This document shows, one piece after another, positions 57,637-64,000 of a stretch of DNA of 64,000 nucleotides. The notes beneath the pieces were generated by a model that was not told the DNA's origin, searched no databases, and saw only the letters and a list, made by a program, of their open reading frames with translations. The position numbers and the translations under genes were made by a program. The stretch's first letter is position 1, and the number at the start of each line of letters is the position of its first letter. The stretch comes from Thermodesulfovibrionales bacterium. Lineage in GTDB: Bacteria > Nitrospirota > Thermodesulfovibrionia > Thermodesulfovibrionales > SM23-35. The stretch covers positions 4,704-68,703 of the forward strand of contig JBAZZX010000002.1 in the NCBI GenBank assembly GCA_041658585.1. The letters run 5' to 3'.

Positions 57637-58004
57637 TCCTCAAAATAGGTGGCAGAGGCTGTTTCAGACTCCCAGACCGTTACGCCGGAAAGGTGGATGT
57701 AATCGTCGTTGATCTTCTTCTTAAGGGAATCAAAAATCCATTTGGCGATGTTTTCCGATGACGGGTTCTTCTCGGTAAAGGGGAAAATATCGTTTAAATA
57801 ACTGTGGTCAAGCGGCGCCACCACTTCCTCCGTCATCTTTTTAAGGTCCCGGAAATCCAGGGCAATATCTATGTCGTTCAGCCTATCTGCAAGCACATAG
57901 ACCTGGACCTTCCAGCTGTGCCCGTGAAGCTTTTCACATTCGCCTTTATATCCGCGCAGTTGGTGGGCCGACGCAAAATTCGTTTCTATCATTAATTCAA
58001 ACAT
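57633..58004 (-). CDS. queD: 6-carboxy-5,6,7,8-tetrahydropterin synthase
   Basis: FASAHQLRGYKGECEKLHGHSWKV. Confidence 0.88.
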   Translation of the reverse strand: MFELMIETNFASAHQLRGYKGECEKLHGHSWKVQVYVLADRLNDIDIALDFRDLKKMTEEVVAPLDHSYLNDIFPFTEKNPSSENIAKWIFDSLKKKINDDYIHLSGVTVWESETASATYFEE

Positions 58005-58007
58005 ATT

Positions 58008-58532
58008 TTAGTACATCTTCTTTTTGAAAATGGATATATACGGCAGGTTTCTGAATTTATTGTCGTAGTCAAGACCGTAGCCGACAACAAACTCGTTTGG
58101 GATGATAAAACCTACATAATCAAGCGGTACGTCCACCAGCCTTCTCTCTTTTTTGTCCAGGAATGTACAAATCTTCAGGCTCAGCGGAGTTCTTGAAAGA
58201 ATGCGCTCCCTTATATGATTAAGCGTAACGCCGGTATCCACGATATCCTCGATCAGCAGCACATGCTTATCGGAGATATCCCCCTTTATATCGTAATGTA
58301 TCTTAATCTCGCCGGACGTCTCGGTCTTCACATAGCTCGAAGCAATAACAAAATCAAGAGTCATAGGGATTTCAATATTCCTTACGATGTCTGAAAAAAA
58401 CATGAAGGCGCCTTTAAGAATTCCTACGGCGAGTAATTCCTTGCCGCTGTAATCTTCCGATATCCTCGCGGCAAGTTCTTTAACCTTTGCTTGTATCCGT
58501 TCCGTCGAAAAAAGGGGTTTACCGGTAATCAT
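58008..58532 (-). CDS. hpt: Hypoxanthine phosphoribosyltransferase
   Basis: VLLIEDIVDTGVTL PRPP motif. 174 aa. Confidence 0.88.
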   Translation of the reverse strand: MITGKPLFSTERIQAKVKELAARISEDYSGKELLAVGILKGAFMFFSDIVRNIEIPMTLDFVIASSYVKTETSGEIKIHYDIKGDISDKHVLLIEDIVDTGVTLNHIRERILSRTPLSLKICTFLDKKERRLVDVPLDYVGFIIPNEFVVGYGLDYDNKFRNLPYISIFKKKMY

Positions 58533-58636
58533 AGGCCTGCTCCTTTGTTTCCTTGTAATGTAACATTTTTCTCTTAAAATTAGAATACTTGCGTTAATCC
58601 GGGGCTGGTTGTCAAATCATGTTCAATTATTCATCA

Positions 58637-59374
58637 TTAAATCTTCTCTTCATTCTTGGTTATAAAAACATTGTATCCTTCGTCTGCAAGCGTCCTGCCG
58701 AGTTTTTGCACTTCGCTTTTCACCTGAAATTTCCCGATTCTGACGCGGTAAAATCTCTCACCGTTTATTTCAGCCTCGGTAATATAGACCTTGCCATACT
58801 TCAGTTCGAGACCCGTCTTGAGTCTTGAGGCATTCGATGCATCCCTGAATGAACCGACCTGTATGGTAAAAGGTCCGGAATCCGACAGGTATTTTACCTC
58901 CCGGATATAAGAAGTATCCCTGCCTAATTTATCTATTCTGACGGTTGCGGTACCGCTTTCTATCAGCTCTATATCCTTTGCAGCGGCATAAGATAAATCA
59001 ACATCCCTTCCCTGTACAAAGGGCCCTCTGTCGTTGACTACACAAGAAATGCTTTTATCATTAATGGTGTTTGTGACCTTCAGCTTTGTTCCGAATGGGT
59101 ATTCCCTATGGGCGCAGGTATATCCGTACATATCGAATATTTCACCGGAGGCTGTCGGTTTCCCGTGAAATTCAGAGCCATACCAGGAGGCTATGGCATA
59201 ACCGGATGGCGGTTTATAGGGCGTAGAACAAGACGCAATAAAAATTATTAATAAAATAAAGTTAACGAATTTGAAAGGCAGATATTCGGAGAAACTGCGG
59301 ATGTCTAAAATAAATTTATTTTTCGATACCATAATGTACTTATATAGATGTGTTACCAAAATATTTTTATGCAA
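58637..59374 (-). CDS. rlpA: RlpA-like lipoprotein (DPBB domain plus SPOR)
   Basis: ASWYGSEFHGKPTASGE, lipobox FIASC, and a C-terminal SPOR domain. The 5' end lies inside MITE sequence, so the start is uncertain. Confidence 0.8.
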   Translation of the reverse strand: MHKNILVTHLYKYIMVSKNKFILDIRSFSEYLPFKFVNFILLIIFIASCSTPYKPPSGYAIASWYGSEFHGKPTASGEIFDMYGYTCAHREYPFGTKLKVTNTINDKSISCVVNDRGPFVQGRDVDLSYAAAKDIELIESGTATVRIDKLGRDTSYIREVKYLSDSGPFTIQVGSFRDASNASRLKTGLELKYGKVYITEAEINGERFYRVRIGKFQVKSEVQKLGRTLADEGYNVFITKNEEKI

Positions 59375-59445
59375 TTACCATGAACTATCTTTTTATATAA
59401 AATTATCGAGTTAAATAAATTTATTTTGGACATCCGCAGTTTTTG
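59271..59445. mobile_element. Family-C end fragment (59271-59285) abutting a complete family-B element (59291-59445)
   Basis: ttgaaaggcagatat, followed by gaaactgcggatgtctaaaataaat ... tttattttggacatccgcagttttt. Confidence 0.75.
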
Positions 59446-59447
59446 GG

Positions 59448-60788
59448 TTAAAGAATATACCGGCTCAGATCCTCATCCTTGACAATCTCGCTCAGCTTGT
59501 CTTTTACATATTTTTCATCGATCAACAGTTTGCAGTTCTTTTTCTCAGGTGCCTCAAAGGATATGTCTTCGAGCAGTTTTTCGAGGACCGTATGGAGCCT
59601 GCGTGCGCCAATGTTTTCAGTCTTCTCATTGACATAAGCCGCGATATCCGCAATCTCTTCTATAGAATCTTCGGTAAAGTCGAGGGCAACTTCTTCCGTG
59701 GCAAGAAGGGCCGTATATTGCTTTATCAATGCATTATACGGTTCGGTAAGGATCCTGATAAATTCAGCTTTTCCAAGGTGGTCAAGCTCGACTCTTATCG
59801 GGAAACGCCCCTGAAGCTCCGGGATGAGGTCGGAAGGTTTCGACATATGAAATGCGCCTGCAGCAATAAAAAGGATATGCTCCGTCTTGACCGGACCATG
59901 CTTTGTTGATACTGTCGTGCCTTCAACGATAGGCAGGAGATCTCTCTGTACGCCTTCACGGGAGATGTCAGGGCCGTGGGCATGACCTCTGCTTGCAATC
60001 TTGTCGATCTCGTCAACAAACACAATCCCTGACTGCTCGGCCCTTTCAATAGCCTCCTTCGTCACCTTCTCTATATCGATAAGCTTATTCGCCTCTTCCT
60101 GCATGATAATATTCAATGCTTCCGGAACTTTCACCTTTCGTCTCTTTGATTTTTCCGGCATGAAACTACCAAGCATCTCTTTAAGGTTTATTTCAAGCTC
60201 TTCAAGTCCGACATTCGAGACTACTCCGAAAGGAATAACCTTTTCCTTCACCTCTATATCAACATATCTGTTATCGAGCTTTCCGGCTCTCAGTTGCGCG
60301 CGCAGTCTCTCTCTTGTATCCTTGTGATTTTCCCGCTCTTCTTCCTCAAGACCCGCGCCCTTCGTAGTCCTCGGAGGCGGCAGGAGCAGGTCAAGAAGCC
60401 GCTCCTCTGCAAGCGTTTTCGCCTTTTCCTGGATTTTCTCGATATGTTCCGCTTTAACCATGCTGATGGATATTTCTGTCAGGTCTCGCACCATAGACTC
60501 TACATCACGTCCCACATACCCTACTTCGGTAAACTTTGACGCCTCGACTTTTACAAAAGGGGCGTTTGCCAGCCTCGAAAGTCTTCTTGCAATCTCCGTC
60601 TTTCCAACTCCCGTAGGGCCTATCATGATAATATTCTTGGGAAGGACCTCGTCCTTCAGCTCCGGAGAAAGCCTCTGTCTTCTCCATCTGTTCCTCATGG
60701 CGATAGCTACAGCCTTCTTTGCCTTATTCTGACCTATAATATAGTTGTCAAGTTCTTCAACAATTTTTCTCGGCGTTAAATCATCCAT
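59448..60788 (-). CDS. hslU: ATP-dependent protease ATPase subunit HslU
   Basis: [15 protein letters not shown] and [15 protein letters not shown]-like sequence. Confidence 0.93.
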   Translation of the reverse strand: MDDLTPRKIVEELDNYIIGQNKAKKAVAIAMRNRWRRQRLSPELKDEVLPKNIIMIGPTGVGKTEIARRLSRLANAPFVKVEASKFTEVGYVGRDVESMVRDLTEISISMVKAEHIEKIQEKAKTLAEERLLDLLLPPPRTTKGAGLEEEERENHKDTRERLRAQLRAGKLDNRYVDIEVKEKVIPFGVVSNVGLEELEINLKEMLGSFMPEKSKRRKVKVPEALNIIMQEEANKLIDIEKVTKEAIERAEQSGIVFVDEIDKIASRGHAHGPDISREGVQRDLLPIVEGTTVSTKHGPVKTEHILFIAAGAFHMSKPSDLIPELQGRFPIRVELDHLGKAEFIRILTEPYNALIKQYTALLATEEVALDFTEDSIEEIADIAAYVNEKTENIGARRLHTVLEKLLEDISFEAPEKKNCKLLIDEKYVKDKLSEIVKDEDLSRYIL

Positions 60789-61324
60789 TATACAAGTTCC
60801 TCTATCACGGTATTTTCATTAGTGTATATGCAAATATCGGCGGCGATCTTCATCGCTTTTTCCACAATGTCCCTTGCAGAAAACTCCGTATTTCCGGTAA
60901 GCGCCCTTGCAGCAGCCTGCGCATAAGGACCTCCCGAGCCGATAGCCGCCACTCCGTCCTCCGGCTCAATGACGTCACCGGTGCCGGATATGATAAAAGT
61001 ATGCTCAAGATCGGCCACGATCAAAAGGGCCTCAAGCCTCCGCAATATCTTGTCGGTCCTCCAGTCCTTTGCAAGTTCCACGGAAGCCCTTGTAATGTTC
61101 CCTCTGTAGGATTCCAGTTTTCCCTCGAATTTCTCAAACAGGGTAAGCGCATCCGCGGTAGCCCCTGCAAAGCCTGTCAGAACTTTATCGTTATATGTCT
61201 TTCTGATCTTTTTCGCATTATGCTTTAAGACCGTATTGCCCAGGGTAACCTGACCGTCTCCCCCGATTGCCACCTTACCGTTGCGTCTTACACATAAAAT
61301 GGTCGTACTTTTAATCATTCTCAC
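60788..61324 (-). CDS. hslV: ATP-dependent protease subunit HslV
   Basis: [21 protein letters not shown]. The exact start relative to the catalytic Thr is unclear. Confidence 0.9.
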   Translation of the reverse strand: MRMIKSTTILCVRRNGKVAIGGDGQVTLGNTVLKHNAKKIRKTYNDKVLTGFAGATADALTLFEKFEGKLESYRGNITRASVELAKDWRTDKILRRLEALLIVADLEHTFIISGTGDVIEPEDGVAAIGSGGPYAQAAARALTGNTEFSARDIVEKAMKIAADICIYTNENTVIEELV

Positions 61325-61449
61325 CTCTCAAAGATTAAGCAAATGGACATGTAGTATTCTAAAATATTAAGGATATTTTTTGTTGATCTTCTCTTTTTAT
61401 TCATCCTTCATAATTCATAACCTGAACATTGCAAAAAGACATTCTCAAC

Positions 61450-61616
61450 TTGAAAGGCAGACATGATTAAAAATCTTTTGGCGACTCCATAATGTACTAT
61501 TTACACATGGCAGCACACGTTCATCTAAAATGCACTTTAGGTTAAAAGTGCCGTCAGGTGAATATGGATTATTTTCTGTCGCATTCAAAAGGTTTTTAAT
61601 CATGACTGCCTTTCAT
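61450..61616. mobile_element. Family-C MITE-like element
   Basis: ttgaaaggcagacatgattaaaaa ... tttttaatcatgactgcctttcat. Confidence 0.8.
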
Positions 61617-61647
61617 TTTATACAACTGATGAAATAATTTTAGAGAG

Positions 61648-62523
61648 TCATTTGTCCTTTGCCATTGGATGCGCTTTATCGTATATATCCATCAGATGGG
61701 CTACATCCAGATGGGTATACTTCTGAGTCGTTGAAAGCGAAGCGTGCCCCAGAAGCTCCTGGATAACCCTGAGGTCGGCGCCGCCCTGAAGCAAATGGCT
61801 TGCAAAAGAATGTCTCAGGGTATGCGGACCTATACTGCCGTTTATAGCTATAGCCCTTGCGTATTTTACGACAATCCGTCTTACACCCCTGTCAGTCAAC
61901 CGCGTGCCGAGTCTGTTAAGAAATACGGCTTTCTCCTTACTCTTTAACAATATCCTTTCAACCAGATATGTTTTAATGGCATCCAAAGCCTTAGACCCTA
62001 TCGGCACAATCCTCTCCTTTTTCCCTTTCCCCCGTGCCTTTACCAGAGCTTCCCTTACATTTATATCTTCCACATTCAGACCGGCAAGTTCTCCCACCCT
62101 CAATCCGCTTGAGTAAAGTAGTTCTAATATGGCCCTGTCCCGTGCCGGGGCAAAGCCGATCCCTTCGGGTTTTTCCACAAGGGCAAAAGCGTCGTCAACA
62201 GAGAGGTATTTGGGCAGAAGTTTGGGAAGCCTGGGGCTGGATACCAATTTCGCAGGGTTTGATTTCATGTACCCCTCTCTGTAAAGAAACTTGAAAAAAG
62301 ACCTTACACTTGATAACCTCCTGCTGACGGTTGTTTTATTCAGTCCTTTTCTGATCTGTTCCGCAATAAACCCCCGCACATCAAGCATGTCTATTTTTTC
62401 AGGTTCCGTATTCACATGGGCGATAAAATCCGTCAGGTCCTTCCTGTATGCTCTGAGAGTATGCGCTGACACGCCTTTCTCCAATTCAAGATACCGCAAG
62501 AATTCTTCGATATAGTCATTCAT
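61648..62523 (-). CDS. xerC: Tyrosine recombinase XerC/XerD type
   Basis: HTLRHSFASHLL and LGHASLSTTQKYTH. It sits in the conserved xerC-hslVU neighbourhood. Confidence 0.85.
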   Translation of the reverse strand: MNDYIEEFLRYLELEKGVSAHTLRAYRKDLTDFIAHVNTEPEKIDMLDVRGFIAEQIRKGLNKTTVSRRLSSVRSFFKFLYREGYMKSNPAKLVSSPRLPKLLPKYLSVDDAFALVEKPEGIGFAPARDRAILELLYSSGLRVGELAGLNVEDINVREALVKARGKGKKERIVPIGSKALDAIKTYLVERILLKSKEKAVFLNRLGTRLTDRGVRRIVVKYARAIAINGSIGPHTLRHSFASHLLQGGADLRVIQELLGHASLSTTQKYTHLDVAHLMDIYDKAHPMAKDK

Positions 62524-62539
62524 AACTGAAAACCGCTCG

Positions 62540-62977
62540 TTAAAAAAGTATCCCTAGTCCAAGAAATACCTGAATAAGGTAAAGACCCAGGATCCCAATG
62601 CCGAGGATGAAATGCGGGGTCCTTAAAGGTGATTCAGCGCCGCTGATTCTTTTTGAAATCAGATAAGTTGCAATAAGTGAAAATGTTATGACTAACCCCA
62701 CAATAAAATGGAGGGGATATTCGAAAATCCTGCCTTCGTCAAGGTAAATAATTATTATACCGGCAATAAATCCCAGGCATCCTAATATAGTGAAAAAGGG
62801 ACCATTCTTTCTGTGTCTTTTTATCATCCTGAAATCCGGAGGTTTTCCCGCCCTCCTTATCTTTCTTATTCTTAACCCAACCCATCCCTGATAGATTAAG
62901 AGTAACATCACAAGCGTATTGAAAGCGCCATGAATTAGTTTAAGGTAGTCTATTATTAGTAAAAGGTTTTTTATCAT
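62540..62977 (-). CDS. Small four-TM membrane protein
   Basis: 145 aa with four hydrophobic helices. The start codon lies in a family-C terminal repeat. Confidence 0.5.
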   Translation of the reverse strand: MIKNLLLIIDYLKLIHGAFNTLVMLLLIYQGWVGLRIRKIRRAGKPPDFRMIKRHRKNGPFFTILGCLGFIAGIIIIYLDEGRIFEYPLHFIVGLVITFSLIATYLISKRISGAESPLRTPHFILGIGILGLYLIQVFLGLGILF

Positions 62978-63013
62978 GTCTGTCTTTCATTTTATGCAAC
63001 TGACGGGTAAAGT
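62966..63013. repeat. Solo family-C terminal repeat
   Basis: The reverse complement, ccgtcagttgcataaaatgaaagacagacatgataaaaaac, matches the left end of 29327..29493 and its flank. Confidence 0.7.
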
Positions 63014-63907
63014 CTTTGTATCCTCAAAATTCAATATCTTTGCTTCAGGAACAATCCTCTTTATTAATCCCGTCAGGACCTTCCCGGGTCCGACTTCTAT
63101 AAATAAATCAATTCCGGAAGCGTATATTGCTTTTATGGAATCTTCCCATAACAACGGGCTGTTGAGTTGACGAATGAGGGACGGTTTTATTTCTTCCGCA
63201 GTTTTAAGGAACTTTGCGTCTGCATTATTGACCAGAGGTATGAAGGGGTCTTTTAATTCTATGGTTCCAAGCAGCTCGCCAAGTCTTTTAGATGCGCCGT
63301 TCATTAACTTGCAGTGAGATGGAACACTGACGGCAAGTGCAATTGCCCTTTTTGCTCCCGCGCTTTTGCAGAGTTCTATCGCTTCTTCTACGGCAGTTTT
63401 TTCTCCTGCAATGACGATCTGTCCGGGACAGTTGTAATTGGCGGCGGCGGCATAACCTGATATTAAAGAATTGCAGATTTCGTCAACTTTTTCTCTCTCT
63501 AACCCGAGAATTGCGGCCATAAGCCCTTTGCCCTCCGGCACGGCCTCCTGCATGAACCGCCCTCTTTTCTCCGTAAGGCTGACTGAATCTCTTAATGATA
63601 TAACTTCTGCCGCAACCAGCGCGGAATATTCGCCGAGGCTGTGGCCCGCAACTACGGACGGTTGAATGCCTTTTTCCTTTAAAACGCTATTGAGCGCGCT
63701 GCTGACCGTAAGGATGCACGGCTGGGTTCTGAAGGTCCGGTTCAACTCCTCAACAGGTCCGTTAAAACAAAGATTTGCAACATCATAGCCAAGAGCATCG
63801 GATGCTTGTTGGAAAACCTCTTTTGCAACCGGATAATGCTCATAAATGTCTTTGCCCATCCCGACATATTGAGAACCCTGACCGGGGAAAACGAATGCAA
63901 TTTTCAT
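62987..63907 (-). CDS. fabD: Malonyl-CoA:ACP transacylase
   Basis: FVFPGQGSQYVGMG and GHSLGEYSA. Confidence 0.92.
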   Translation of the reverse strand: MKIAFVFPGQGSQYVGMGKDIYEHYPVAKEVFQQASDALGYDVANLCFNGPVEELNRTFRTQPCILTVSSALNSVLKEKGIQPSVVAGHSLGEYSALVAAEVISLRDSVSLTEKRGRFMQEAVPEGKGLMAAILGLEREKVDEICNSLISGYAAAANYNCPGQIVIAGEKTAVEEAIELCKSAGAKRAIALAVSVPSHCKLMNGASKRLGELLGTIELKDPFIPLVNNADAKFLKTAEEIKPSLIRQLNSPLLWEDSIKAIYASGIDLFIEVGPGKVLTGLIKRIVPEAKILNFEDTKTLPVSCIK

Positions 63908-64000
63908 TTATATTCCTTTAGCTTCTTTTATCTTTTTAATCAACAAGGGAACAATTTCATACAGATCGCCGACGATGCCGTAACTTGCGACATTGAATAT
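63908..64000 (-). CDS. 3' end of an unidentified upstream gene (partial)
   Basis: The open frame ...[30 protein letters not shown]-stop abuts the fabD ATG. Family not recognised. Confidence 0.3.
   Translation of the reverse strand: MFNVASYGIVGDLYEIVPLLIKKIKEAKGI

Noticed and set aside
61648-62523. The tyrosine recombinase as a marker of an integrated mobile element or genomic island.
   Set aside because: It sits in the conserved housekeeping xerC-hslV-hslU arrangement. The flanking repeats are ordinary family-C MITEs, not att-like direct repeats, and no phage or conjugation genes are nearby.

Overview
This is a chromosomal segment from an anaerobic, uncultivated-type bacterium. Gene content resembles Desulfobacterota or Nitrospirota, but that is inference only. 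All calls rest on motif reading of the supplied ORF translations and by-eye repeat comparison; no BLAST or HMM search was run, and repeat edges are accurate to a few bp.

Gene content, in order:
- 1-4.4 kb: the 3' end of a [NiFe]-hydrogenase large subunit, two hydrogenase maturation endopeptidase paralogues, a pentapeptide-repeat gene, and a four-helix-bundle ('23S IVS protein') pseudogene, all embedded in dense repeats.
- 7.1-16.6 kb: a heme-rich block of five c-type cytochromes carrying 12, 12, 9, 4 and 7(+1 CxxxCH) heme motifs. It also holds two NHL beta-propeller lipoproteins that bracket a ~670-aa outer-membrane-barrel-like protein.
- 16.7-24.3 kb: pdxJ and a hyp maturation cluster (hypA, hypB / hypF, hypD / X / hypE). 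It has no hypC. X is a small Fe-S plus CFeSP/HgcA-like protein.
- 24-42 kb: mostly housekeeping genes (ribD, MATE, a divergent CysRS-like gene, phosphohexomutase, obg, rpmA, rplU, dnaB, rplI) plus c-di-GMP-related genes (HD-GYP, PilZ).
- 42.8-50.6 kb: a tandem duplication of a three-gene cassette (TauE/SafE-type permease, 2-TM protein, Usp). The upstream copy sits behind gntR, a sigma-54 promoter, a palindromic UAS pair and an NtrC-family activator.
- 50.9-64 kb: housekeeping genes (yajQ, rpsU, RRM protein, tkt, ACAD, queD, hpt, rlpA, hslVU, xerC, fabD).

The window is saturated with at least five families of MITE-like inverted-repeat elements plus a GGATTCAAGG motif family. Several of these supply start or stop codons to neighbouring genes. 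There are also several gene remnants.

The best candidates for something undescribed are:
- the NHL-barrel-NHL multiheme cytochrome operon next to the hydrogenase genes;
- the sigma-54-controlled, duplicated permease/2-TM/Usp cassette;
- the mini CFeSP/HgcA-like protein inside a hypC-less hyp cluster.
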